A DNA stretch of 41,959 nt from Elusimicrobiota bacterium (GTDB lineage: Bacteria > Elusimicrobiota > Elusimicrobia > UBA1565 > UBA9628): the NCBI GenBank assembly GCA_041660645.1, contig JBAZVY010000001.1, forward strand, positions 25,164-67,122, given 5' to 3'. A program made the translations under genes and the position numbers. The notes below the pieces were generated by a model. The model did not search any database and had not been told where the DNA came from. It worked only from the letters and a program-made list of their open reading frames with translations. This document shows, one piece after another, positions 24,120 through 32,945 of this stretch (the stretch's first letter is position 1; each line of letters begins with the position of its first letter).

Positions 24120-24512
24120 ATGGCCCACATCATGCTCGTCGACGACGAACGGGACGTCGTGACGTTGCTTAAATTCATACTGGAAAAGGAAGGCCACCGC
24201 ATAACCACGGCCAACAACGGGGCCGAAGCCCTGGAGAAACTGGGCCTGGAACCGGCGCGGGAATCCGACGACCTCCCGGACGTGATCATCCTAGACGTGA
24301 TGATGCCCATAATGGACGGCTACACGGTAAGCTGCCGGCTGGCCCAAAACGCGAAGATGCGGGGCATCCCCCTCATCGTGCTGACCGCCAAGGGCGAGAT
24401 GCGCAATCTGTTCCAGTCCATAAAGAGCGTGGCCACTTATGTGGACAAGCCGTTCGACCCCAAACGCCTGCGCGAGATCATCGCCGGGGTCCTGGCCGAA
24501 AAGAAGAAATAG
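24120..24512 (+). CDS. single-domain response regulator (CheY-like), copy A
   Basis: IMLVDDE, VIILDVMMPIMDG, VLTAKG, DKPFD. 130 aa. Confidence 0.9.
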   Translation: MAHIMLVDDERDVVTLLKFILEKEGHRITTANNGAEALEKLGLEPARESDDLPDVIILDVMMPIMDGYTVSCRLAQNAKMRGIPLIVLTAKGEMRNLFQSIKSVATYVDKPFDPKRLREIIAGVLAEKKK

Positions 24513-24513
24513 C

Positions 24514-24906
24514 GTGGCCGCCATCCTCATCGTAGACGATGCCACCGAGATAGTCAAACTCCTGCGCTTCATACTGGAGAAATCCGGGCACACCGTGAGC
24601 GAAGCCACCAACGGCCAGGCCGCGCTGGAAAAACTGGGCCTGGAGCCGGCCAACCCCCAGATCCCGCTGCCGGACCTGATGATATTGGATATCATGATGC
24701 CGGTGATGGACGGCTACACCCTGAACACCCGCCTGCAGAATTTCCCCTCCGCCCGCGACCTGCCGGTCATCGTCCTGACCGCCAAGGGGCAGCGCATGCG
24801 CGACCTGTTCGAGAGCGCGCCCAACGTAGCCGCCTACGTGCAAAAGCCTTTCGACCCCAAGATGCTGCTGGACCTGATCTCGGGGATACTCTCCAAACAG
24901 AAGTGA
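24514..24906 (+). CDS. single-domain response regulator (CheY-like), copy B
   Basis: GTG start 1 nt after the copy A stop. ILIVDDA, LMILDIMMPVMDG, VLTAKG, QKPFD. 130 aa. The ORF-track start at 24439 overlaps copy A. Confidence 0.85.
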   Translation: MAAILIVDDATEIVKLLRFILEKSGHTVSEATNGQAALEKLGLEPANPQIPLPDLMILDIMMPVMDGYTLNTRLQNFPSARDLPVIVLTAKGQRMRDLFESAPNVAAYVQKPFDPKMLLDLISGILSKQK

Positions 24907-24910
24907 GGCC

Positions 24911-26431
24911 ATGAACCCGAACCCCACCCCCAGCCCAGAAGCCGGTTCCTTGGAAGACATATTGGAGGCCAAGAAGGCCAAGGTCGCGGAACTGCGCGCC
25001 CGCAACGTGGATCCCTACCCCCATCGCAGCCATCGCACCCACACCTGCGCCGATGCCTTGCGCCTGGGCGCCGGCCTAGCCGTCGCGGAGCACAACCCCG
25101 AGATCGTGGCCTGCGCCGGCCGCATCCTGCAGATGCGGGACATGGGCAAGTCCATATTCATGCACCTGGCCGACGCCACCGCCCGCTGCCAGGTATATTT
25201 CAAGAAAGACGCCCTGCCCGAAGCCGATTTCGCGCTGATCAAAAAAGACCTGCACGCCGGCGACTTCATCGCCGTGGCCGGCACCATGTTCAAGACCAAG
25301 ACCGGCGAGGTCACCGTAGCCGCAACCTCCGCGGCTCTGCTAGCCAAGGCCCTGCGCCCCATGCCCGAGAAATGGCACGGCCTCAAGGACGTGGAGATCC
25401 GCTACCGGCACCGTCACCTGGACCTCATCGCCAACGAAGACGTACGCCGCAAATTCGAGCAGCGCTCGCTGATCGTGTCCACCATCCGCCGCACCCTGGA
25501 CCGGCTCGGTTTCGTGGAAGTGGAGACCCCCATACTGCTGGCCCAGGCCGGCGGGGCTTCCGCCCGCCCCTTCCGCACCCATCACAACGCCCTGAACGCC
25601 GACCTGGTCATGCGCATCGCCACCGAACTCTATCTCAAGCGCCTGATCATCGGCGGCTTCGACAAGGTCTATGAGATCGGACGCATATTCCGCAACGAGG
25701 GCATCGACACCCGGCACAACCCGGAGTTCACCATGCTCGAGGCCTACCAGGCCTACACCGACTACAACGGCATGGCCGAACTATTCGAGCGCGTGGTGGC
25801 CGAATGCGCGGAATCCCTCAAGATCAAGGAAGTATCTTACGAAGGCAAAACCATCTCCCTCCAGGCCCCTTTCCGGCGCGCCTACCTGCCCGAACTATGG
25901 GAAAAGCAGTGCGGAGAGAAGATCGAACGCGTGCTCGAGGGCAAGGGATTCAACCCCCGGGGCTTGGCGGCCCTAGCCGAACGCCTAGGCGTACCCGCGG
26001 GCGAAAAGACCCCGGTCGCCAAGATATTCGAGCGCATATTCGACGCCAAGATCCTGCCCCTATTGGACCAGCTCACTTTCGTGATGGACCATCCCACGGC
26101 CATCACCCCCCTGGCCAAGCTCAAGCCCGGCAGCCAAGGCCTGGTGGAACGCTTCGAGTGCTTCGGCGGACATGAAGAGCTGGCCAACGCCTACACCGAA
26201 CTCAACGACCCCTTAGACCAACGCGAACGCTTCCAGGAGCAGGCCCGCCAGCGCCAAGAAGAAGGCAACGACGAGACCGAGGTTTTGGATGAGGATTTCG
26301 TACAGGCCCTGGAGTGCGGCATGCCGCCTACGGGCGGCATCGGATTCGGCGTGGACCGCTTGGCCATGCTCCTGACCGGCCAGCCCTCCATCCGGGACGT
26401 CATATTATTCCCTACGCTAAAACCCCAGTGA
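24911..26431 (+). CDS. lysS: lysine--tRNA ligase (class II)
   Basis: RYRHRHLDLI, FVEVETPIL, FRNEGID..HNPEFT.LE, GGIGFGVDRLAMLL. 506 aa. Confidence 0.95.
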   Translation: MNPNPTPSPEAGSLEDILEAKKAKVAELRARNVDPYPHRSHRTHTCADALRLGAGLAVAEHNPEIVACAGRILQMRDMGKSIFMHLADATARCQVYFKKDALPEADFALIKKDLHAGDFIAVAGTMFKTKTGEVTVAATSAALLAKALRPMPEKWHGLKDVEIRYRHRHLDLIANEDVRRKFEQRSLIVSTIRRTLDRLGFVEVETPILLAQAGGASARPFRTHHNALNADLVMRIATELYLKRLIIGGFDKVYEIGRIFRNEGIDTRHNPEFTMLEAYQAYTDYNGMAELFERVVAECAESLKIKEVSYEGKTISLQAPFRRAYLPELWEKQCGEKIERVLEGKGFNPRGLAALAERLGVPAGEKTPVAKIFERIFDAKILPLLDQLTFVMDHPTAITPLAKLKPGSQGLVERFECFGGHEELANAYTELNDPLDQRERFQEQARQRQEEGNDETEVLDEDFVQALECGMPPTGGIGFGVDRLAMLLTGQPSIRDVILFPTLKPQ

Positions 26432-27669
26432 GCCTAGAGCTATTCATCGCTTGGCGCTATCTCAAGGCCGAGCGCAAGGGCCTGTTCGCGGTGGTCACCA
26501 CCTGCATCGGAGTGGCCGGGGTCATGGTGGGAGTAGCCGCCCTCATCACCACCCTCTCGGTCATGAACGGATTCCAGACCGACATCCAGAAGAAGGTCAT
26601 CGGCGCCCAAGCCCATCTCAACGTGTTCGGCGCGCGCTCGGCCGCGGACCTGGACCGCATCCGCGCGGTCCTGGGGGCGGAGCCGGAAGTGGCCGCTTCC
26701 GCGCCCTTCGTGCTGGGCCAAGCCATCCTCTCCGTATCCGACCGCACCATCGGCATAGTGCTCAAGGGATTGGATCCGGAACAAGAAGCCAAGATAAACA
26801 GCCTGCCCGCGTCCCTGGGCGAGGGCTCCTGGTCCTGGCTAAAATCCCCGGCCAGTAGGCCCGGGGGGCCGCCCGCCCTGCCCGGCCTGGTCCTAGGCGA
26901 GGAATTGGCCCGCAACATGGGAGTCTGGGTCGGCTCCCAAGTAGTGCTGGTCTCCCCCAAAAGCATGGCCACGCCCTTGGGCCTCATGCCCAAGATGCAA
27001 AAATTCGAGGTCCGGGGACTGCTGCATACCGGCTATTACGAGTACGACAGCACCACCGGCTACGCGGACCTGGCCTCGGCCGCCAGATTCTTCGGCGTGG
27101 ACTCCGGGGCCACGGGCCTGAGCGCCCGCCTACGCGACCTGGATCGCGTAGAACCCGCGGCCAAACGCATACAATCCCGGCTCGGACTGGACTACACCGT
27201 ACGCACCTTCAACCAGCTCAATCGCACCCTGTTCGCCGCGCTCAAACTGGAAAAAGGCGTGATGTTCATAATCCTGACCCTGATCACTTTAGTGGCCTCG
27301 CTCAACATCGCCTCCACCCTGATATTGCGCAGCGTGGAGAAGACGCGCGACATCGGCCTGCTCAAGGCCATGGGCGCCACGCCGCGGCAGATCCGCCGCA
27401 TATTCCTCATCGAGGGCGGCATAATCGGCGGAGCCGGCGTATTCATGGGCATGGTCCTCGGCCTGGTCCTCTGCTTCATCATCTGGCGCTACCCCATAGT
27501 GGAGCTGCCCTCGGATATCTACTATCTATCGCGAGTCCCGGTATCCATCCAATTCTGGGACGTGGCCGCGGTCACGGCCCTGGGCCTGCTGCTGTCCCTG
27601 CTGGCCACGATCTATCCGGCTTGGCGCGCGGCCAAGGTCGATCCCGTGGAGGCCATCCATTATGGCTGA
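26428..27669 (+). CDS. LolC/LolE-family lipoprotein-releasing ABC transporter permease
   Basis: LELFIAWRYLKAERKG, the FtsX-like C-terminal TM bundle, and ...YPAWRAAKVDPVEAI. GTG start overlaps the lysS stop (GTGA). Confidence 0.85.
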   Translation: MSLELFIAWRYLKAERKGLFAVVTTCIGVAGVMVGVAALITTLSVMNGFQTDIQKKVIGAQAHLNVFGARSAADLDRIRAVLGAEPEVAASAPFVLGQAILSVSDRTIGIVLKGLDPEQEAKINSLPASLGEGSWSWLKSPASRPGGPPALPGLVLGEELARNMGVWVGSQVVLVSPKSMATPLGLMPKMQKFEVRGLLHTGYYEYDSTTGYADLASAARFFGVDSGATGLSARLRDLDRVEPAAKRIQSRLGLDYTVRTFNQLNRTLFAALKLEKGVMFIILTLITLVASLNIASTLILRSVEKTRDIGLLKAMGATPRQIRRIFLIEGGIIGGAGVFMGMVLGLVLCFIIWRYPIVELPSDIYYLSRVPVSIQFWDVAAVTALGLLLSLLATIYPAWRAAKVDPVEAIHYG

Positions 27670-28354
27670 GCTCATGCTCGAAGCCGCGGGCCTGCGCAAA
27701 TCATACGGCCGCGGCGAATCCGCCGTCACCGTGCTCAACCGTCTGGACCTCAAGGTCGCGGCCGGAGAATTCCTGGTCATCCTCGGTCCCAGCGGCTGCG
27801 GCAAGTCCACCCTGCTCAACGTCCTCGGCCTCATGGACAAGCCCGACGCGGGCGAAGTGTCGTTCCGCGGCCGGCCGACCTCGACTTTGGGCGAGGAAGC
27901 CCGCGCCCTGCTGCGCAACGACAGCCTGGGCTTCATATTCCAATTCGATTCCCTGCTGCCTGAGTTCACCATCTTGGAGAACGTCACCCTGCCCGCGCGC
28001 ATGGCCCTATCCCGAGGCCAAAGCCGGGAGACCTTGGCCCAAACCCAAGAACGGGCCTTGGCCCTGCTGCGCGGCCTGGGGCTGGAAGGCCTGCGCGGCC
28101 GCTTCCCGGCCCAGACCTCGGGCGGGGAGAGACAGCGGGCGGCCCTATGCCGCGCCCTCATCAACCGGCCGGCCGTACTCCTAGCCGACGAGCCTACCGG
28201 CAACCTGGACAAGCACAACGGTGAGCGGGTATTCCAAGACCTTAAGGCCCTGGCCGAACAGCACGGCACGGCCGTGATCATGGTGACGCACAACGAATCC
28301 GCCGGCCGCTTGGCTACCCGCACGGTGCGCATGAGCGACGGACTCATAGAATAG
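27662..28354 (+). CDS. lolD: lipoprotein-releasing ABC transporter ATP-binding protein
   Basis: Walker A GPSGCGKST, signature SGGERQR, Walker B LLADEPTGNLD. 8-nt overlap with the permease gene. Confidence 0.85.
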   Translation: MAELMLEAAGLRKSYGRGESAVTVLNRLDLKVAAGEFLVILGPSGCGKSTLLNVLGLMDKPDAGEVSFRGRPTSTLGEEARALLRNDSLGFIFQFDSLLPEFTILENVTLPARMALSRGQSRETLAQTQERALALLRGLGLEGLRGRFPAQTSGGERQRAALCRALINRPAVLLADEPTGNLDKHNGERVFQDLKALAEQHGTAVIMVTHNESAGRLATRTVRMSDGLIE

Positions 28355-28363
28355 GGGACGCCC

Positions 28364-29239
28364 ATGAAGATATACATCAATGGCGGACTGCTCGCGGCCG
28401 AAGACGCCAAGGTGTCCGTATTCGACCACGGCCTGCTATACGGCGACGGAGTCTTCGAAGGCATCCGCGCCTACCATGGACGGATATTCCGCCTGGAGGA
28501 CCATATCCAGCGGCTGAAGTCCTCGGGCGAGGCCATATTCCTGAACCTGCCCTTGTCCGTATCGGAACTCAGCCAGGCGGTGGTGGACACGGTCCGGGCC
28601 AACGATCTGCACGACGCTTACATACGCCTCATCCTGACCCGCGGCCCGGGAGACCTCGGGCTGGACTTGCGCAAATGCAAACAGGGCCCCACCCTGATCA
28701 TCATCGCGGACAAGATCGAACTCTATCCCGAACATTTCTACGATAGAGGCCTGACCCTGATCACCTCCTCCTACCGCCAGAAGCGCCAGGATCAGGTCCC
28801 GGCTTCGGTCAAATCCCTGAATTACCTGCTCAACGTGCTGGCCCGGGCCGAAGCCACCCGCGCCGGGGCCCAGGAAGCCATACTGCTCAACACCGAGGGC
28901 CAAGTCACGGAATGCACCGGCGACAACATCTTCTACATCTCGGAAGGCCGGGTCTATACCCCGCCCGCCTCGGCCGGACTGCTCGAAGGCGTCACCCGCC
29001 GCGTGGTCATGGAGCTGGTGCGCGACGGGCTCGGGCACGAGGTCGCGGTGCGGGCCACGACCACGGCCGACCTCTACCGCTCGGACGAAGTATTCCTCAC
29101 GGGCACCGGCGCCGAAGTCATAGCCGGAGTCAAGATCGACGGCCACACCATCGGATCCGGGACCGCCGGCCCCTTGACCAAAAAGATAGTCTCCCTGTTC
29201 CGCGCCTACGCCCGGGACAACGGCACCCCGATCCGCTGA
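28364..29239 (+). CDS. ilvE: branched-chain amino acid aminotransferase (fold type IV)
   Basis: VFDHGLLYGDGVFEGIRAY, YIRLILTRG, KSLNYL, EVFLTGT. 291 aa. Confidence 0.85.
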   Translation: MKIYINGGLLAAEDAKVSVFDHGLLYGDGVFEGIRAYHGRIFRLEDHIQRLKSSGEAIFLNLPLSVSELSQAVVDTVRANDLHDAYIRLILTRGPGDLGLDLRKCKQGPTLIIIADKIELYPEHFYDRGLTLITSSYRQKRQDQVPASVKSLNYLLNVLARAEATRAGAQEAILLNTEGQVTECTGDNIFYISEGRVYTPPASAGLLEGVTRRVVMELVRDGLGHEVAVRATTTADLYRSDEVFLTGTGAEVIAGVKIDGHTIGSGTAGPLTKKIVSLFRAYARDNGTPIR

Positions 29240-29252
29240 GAGGCCGACGCTA

Positions 29253-30035
29253 TTGCCCGCTAAGACCCTGCGCCTGATATCCTGGAACGTCAACGGCGTG
29301 CGCGCCTCCTACAAGAAGGGCCTGCTGGGCTGGCTGAAGCAGGAAGCCCCGGACATACTCGCCCTGCAGGAGACCAAGGCCCAGCCGGAACAACTGCCTG
29401 AAGACCTGCTCGATCCGCAAGGCTATCAGGCCGAATGGCACTGGGGCCTACGCAAAGGTTATTCCGGCGTAGCCACATTCCACAAGTCCGCGCCTCTGGA
29501 GGTGCGTCGCGGTTTCGATATTCCAGAATTCGACGGGGAAGGCCGGGTCCTGGCCTCGGTCTATCCGGGATTCACGTTATTCAACATCTACTTCCCCAAC
29601 GGACAGCGCGACGCCCTCCGCCTAAAATTCAAACTGGATTTCTACGCGGCCTTCTTGAAGGTGATAGACCGCTGCCGCCGACAGGGAGAGGACCGCATCG
29701 TGGTCTGCGGGGACGTGAACACCGCGCACCAAGAGATCGACCTGGCCCGGCCCCGGGAGAACAGCGCGGTCTCCGGATTCCTGCCCGAGGAACGCGCCTG
29801 GATCGACCGGCTCCTGGCCCACGGCTTCGTGGACAGCTTCCGCGAGTTCGAAAAAGGCGGAGGCCACTACACCTGGTGGGACACCATGACCCGGGCCCGG
29901 GAACGCAACGTGGGCTGGCGCTTGGATTATTTCTTCGTGACCGAGAACCTGCGCCCCAGCCTGAAACGCGCCTTCATCCTGCCCGAGGTCTTGGGCTCGG
30001 ATCACTGCCCGGTGGGAATAGAACTATCGGCCTGA
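29253..30035 (+). CDS. xth: exodeoxyribonuclease III
   Basis: LISWNVNGVRA, ILALQETK, VCGDVNTAH, YTWWD, and SDHCPV at the C-terminus. TTG start. Confidence 0.9.
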   Translation: MPAKTLRLISWNVNGVRASYKKGLLGWLKQEAPDILALQETKAQPEQLPEDLLDPQGYQAEWHWGLRKGYSGVATFHKSAPLEVRRGFDIPEFDGEGRVLASVYPGFTLFNIYFPNGQRDALRLKFKLDFYAAFLKVIDRCRRQGEDRIVVCGDVNTAHQEIDLARPRENSAVSGFLPEERAWIDRLLAHGFVDSFREFEKGGGHYTWWDTMTRARERNVGWRLDYFFVTENLRPSLKRAFILPEVLGSDHCPVGIELSA

Positions 30036-30047
30036 CCGCGGTCCGGT

Positions 30048-30767
30048 TCAGGCCGTGGGCCGCCAGGCCCCGCGCTTCAACACCGGCCGCGGCAGCTTTT
30101 GCTTCACCGCCCACGCCGCCGAGATAGCGGCCAAGGCGCCCTCCTGGCCGATGCCCGCGGTGTTGAGCACCAGATCGTAATGCGTGGGGTCGAGCAATTC
30201 GGCATGGAAATGCCTGCGCACAAAGGCCCGCCGGTCCGATTCGATATGCATGACCTGGCGCTTGGCTTCCTCATAGGGAAGCTGATGACGCTGGGCCATT
30301 CCCCGGATGCGCTCGTCCAGCGGCGCCACCAGCAATACGCGCAGGCAAGAACCGGGCGGCAATATGAAGCCGGCGCCGCGGCCCAGGATCACGGCCCGGC
30401 CGTGATGGGCGACGGTGGCCAAGACCTTGCACAGGTGGTGCATGAAATCTCCGCTGACGTAGCGCTCCAGGAACAATGATTCCACCCATTCCTCGACCCA
30501 GGACACATCCTTGTCGTCCACCGTGTCCAGTATGGCCGCGCTCAGATGCGAACTCTGGGCCACTTGGTCTATGATTTCGCGATCGAACAGGTCGAACTGG
30601 GTCCGCCGCGCCAATTCCTCGGCTAAGTCGCGGCCGGAACAGCCGGGCAGGCTGCATATGGATATGACCGGGTCGCAGGGCCGCTGCTCGCAAGTCTGAC
30701 CGCGCAGCAATTGCCAACGATGCACCTGATCTTCAATGAGCTTCTCGATGGATCTGCCTGGGGCCAT
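30048..30767 (-). CDS. cytidylate kinase-like family protein
   Basis: ISICSLPGCSGRDLAEELARRTQFDLFDREII and an overall 239-aa layout typical of the cytidylate-kinase-like (AAA_28-type) family. Recognition is by pattern only. Confidence 0.65.
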   Translation of the reverse strand: MAPGRSIEKLIEDQVHRWQLLRGQTCEQRPCDPVISICSLPGCSGRDLAEELARRTQFDLFDREIIDQVAQSSHLSAAILDTVDDKDVSWVEEWVESLFLERYVSGDFMHHLCKVLATVAHHGRAVILGRGAGFILPPGSCLRVLLVAPLDERIRGMAQRHQLPYEEAKRQVMHIESDRRAFVRRHFHAELLDPTHYDLVLNTAGIGQEGALAAISAAWAVKQKLPRPVLKRGAWRPTA

Positions 30768-30830
30768 AGCTGCGTACCTCGCTACCGGGATTCTAGTATA
30801 CGTGCAGCGGGCTGTGCCAGCCCGAAAGCC

Positions 30831-31196
30831 TCAACGCTTGGCTATATCCCGTCCGATGCCCGGCCCCACGAACAGCCCGATGCAGACCAGCACGGGCTGG
30901 GCCCCGGGATGAGAGGAGAATACGGCCAGCAGGCTGCCCATGAAGGCCCCGCCTAGGGCGCCCAGCGCGAATCCGATCTTCTCCCGGCGGGGCAGCCCCC
31001 AGAATTCTTCGATGTAAGCGCCCAAAAAGCGGCCCAACAGCCAGCCGCCGGATACGAACAGAGGACCGACTATGACCAATGCCGTCCAGAAAGATCCGGT
31101 GCACCCCCGGACGCTTGCGCCGCGCGAAAATATGTAGGCCGTCCCGACCGCCGCGGCCGCCAGCCCGATCCATGATCCGATCCGTTCGCTTTTCAA
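30831..31196 (-). CDS. hypothetical small membrane protein (121 aa)
   Basis: Three to four Gly-rich hydrophobic segments. TTG start overlaps the mgtE stop (TTGA). Confidence 0.5.
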   Translation of the reverse strand: MKSERIGSWIGLAAAAVGTAYIFSRGASVRGCTGSFWTALVIVGPLFVSGGWLLGRFLGAYIEEFWGLPRREKIGFALGALGGAFMGSLLAVFSSHPGAQPVLVCIGLFVGPGIGRDIAKR

Positions 31197-32533
31197 TGCA
31201 ACCTCCCCTCAAACATATAAGCCAAGCCTAAAAACACCAAAAATCCGACCATATCCGTTACCGTGGTCAGGAATATGCCCGAGGATTGGGCCGGATCGAA
31301 ACCCAGACGCTTCATGGTCAACGGGATAGCGGCGCCGGCCAGGCCGGCCACGAGCATGGTTACGACCATGGCGATCCCGACGACCAGTCCGAGATAAGGA
31401 TTGCCGAGCCACAACCACGCCCCCAGCGCCGTGACCGCGCCGATGGCCAGGCCGTTGACCAGGCCCGCCATGACCTCGGCCGTTATGAGCCGGGCCGCGT
31501 CCCGCGGCCGCACTTCCCGCACCACCAGGCCGCGCAGCACCACGGCCAAAGACTGGACTCCGGTGTTGCCGCCCTGCCCCGCCACCACGGTCAAAAACAC
31601 GGCCAACACCGCCACCCGGCTGATAAGGTCCTGAAAACAGGAAACGACCCAGGCCGCCAGGAAAGCCGTGGCCAGGTTCACGTGCAGCCAAGGCAGCCGA
31701 TTCAACACCTTCAGCCGCAAAGGCGAGAAGGCGCGTTCCTCCCCGCCCGCGCCGAACATCATCTGGATATCCTCGGTGGCTTGGTTCTCGCTGGACTGCA
31801 GGATATCGGTAGAGCGTATGGCGCCGACCAGCCGGCCATGGGCGTCCACCACCGGTATGGAGATATAATTCTTCTCCCGGGCCAGATGCACCAGTTCTTC
31901 GCGGTCCATGAAGGCCGGCACCGAGATCACGTCATGCCGGATATGCTCCAAGGTTTGATCGGAATCCGCCAATATCAGATCGCGCATATTGAGCACGCCC
32001 ACCAGCGCATGCTCCGGGCCCACGACATACGCGTAGCTGTGCGCGTGCTTGCCGGCCCGGGCCCTCAGCCGGGTTATCACCTCGCGCACCTTGAGGTCCT
32101 TATGAAAGGCCAGGACCGAGGTCTTCATGAGCCGGCCCGCGCTGCCCTCCGGATACGTCAGCATCTCGCAGACCTTGCGCGCCAATTCCGGCGGCAGTCC
32201 CGAAAGCAGCCCGTGCCGAGCCGGTTCGGGCAGGGCCCGGACGATGTCAGCGGCATGGTCCGGCTCCATATGCGACAAGATGGAGGCCGCGGGCTGCGGC
32301 GCCAGCCGCTCCGCCACTCCCGCCGCGAAGTCCGGGCGCACATGGTCCAAGCAGGACGCGGCCGTGGTGACGGGCAGACCCTTCAAAAGCGCCGCGGCTT
32401 CGACATCCTGCAGGCCCTCCAAGGCCATGGCCGCCTGTTGGACATCCACATCGATAAAGCGTTTGACCAGGGCTATGGCCGCATGGTTCTTAGGGTTCAT
32501 GGCAAGCGGCCGGACGCGCACGGCCGCTTTCAT
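31193..32533 (-). CDS. mgtE: magnesium transporter MgtE
   Basis: N-domain, tandem CBS region (VVGPEHALVGVLNMRDL, IPVVDAHGRLVGAI), and a C-terminal 5-TM domain with GNTGVQS and D...GFLVFLGLA. Confidence 0.9.
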   Translation of the reverse strand: MKAAVRVRPLAMNPKNHAAIALVKRFIDVDVQQAAMALEGLQDVEAAALLKGLPVTTAASCLDHVRPDFAAGVAERLAPQPAASILSHMEPDHAADIVRALPEPARHGLLSGLPPELARKVCEMLTYPEGSAGRLMKTSVLAFHKDLKVREVITRLRARAGKHAHSYAYVVGPEHALVGVLNMRDLILADSDQTLEHIRHDVISVPAFMDREELVHLAREKNYISIPVVDAHGRLVGAIRSTDILQSSENQATEDIQMMFGAGGEERAFSPLRLKVLNRLPWLHVNLATAFLAAWVVSCFQDLISRVAVLAVFLTVVAGQGGNTGVQSLAVVLRGLVVREVRPRDAARLITAEVMAGLVNGLAIGAVTALGAWLWLGNPYLGLVVGIAMVVTMLVAGLAGAAIPLTMKRLGFDPAQSSGIFLTTVTDMVGFLVFLGLAYMFEGRLH

Positions 32534-32534
32534 A

Positions 32535-32564
32535 TTAACAAATACTCTCCATAGAGGCTATAAT
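32535..32564 (+). promoter_or_regulatory. candidate mcsA promoter (leaderless geometry)
   Basis: TTAACA (32535-32540), an 18-nt spacer, TATAAT (32559-32564), then 9 nt to ATG 32574. No SD. The -10 box sits inside the 13-bp palindrome GGCTAT-A-ATAGCC (32556-32568). Confidence 0.5.
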
Positions 32565-32573
32565 AGCCGAGAT

Positions 32574-32945
32574 ATGATCTGCACCGCATGCCAAAAGGCC
32601 GAAGCCGTGGTCTTCATCAAGCACATCATCAACAACCAAGTATCCCAGGCCGCCCTATGCTCCGGCTGCGCGGCCCACGCCCATATACCGATCGATCCGG
32701 TCAATCCCTTCCACGCCCTCATGGACATGTTAGGCAAGCCGGCCGCGCCCCGGCCCCGGGCCGCGGCCGCGCGCTGTCCGGGCTGCAGCACGACCTGGGC
32801 CGAGTTCCGGAGCACCGGCCGCTTCGGCTGCGCGCGCTGCTACGAGCATTTCGCGGACCACATCCGCACCCTATTGCCCGGCATCCATGCCGGGGCCTAC
32901 GCGCATCGCGGAAAATCACCCAAACGGCGGCCTCTGAACGGATGA
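32574..32945 (+). CDS. mcsA: McsA-like protein arginine kinase activator (UvrB/UvrC-motif zinc-finger protein)
   Basis: Four CxxC pairs (CTAC, CSGC, CPGC, CARC). Positioned immediately upstream of mcsB and overlapping it (ATGA). Confidence 0.7.
   Translation: MICTACQKAEAVVFIKHIINNQVSQAALCSGCAAHAHIPIDPVNPFHALMDMLGKPAAPRPRAAAARCPGCSTTWAEFRSTGRFGCARCYEHFADHIRTLLPGIHAGAYAHRGKSPKRRPLNG

Larger units (their letters stand above)
24120..24906 (+). repeat. tandem gene duplication (two 130-codon receiver genes, period 394 bp)
   Basis: A hand alignment of the two proteins gives about 73 identical positions out of 130 with one single-residue indel. Both share an unusual loop, EKLGLEPA-x5-LPD. Confidence 0.8.

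Noticed and set aside
24120-24906. The 394-bp tandem periodicity could be mistaken for a repeat array or a CRISPR-like structure.
   Set aside because: It consists of two full-length, diverged protein-coding receiver genes. No short direct repeats with unique spacers occur anywhere in the window.
32534-32573. Possible M-box (Mg2+) riboswitch upstream of mgtE.
   Set aside because: The whole spacer to the divergent mcsA gene is 40 bp, far too short for an M-box aptamer. The leader appears to be only about 20 nt with a GGAGAG SD.
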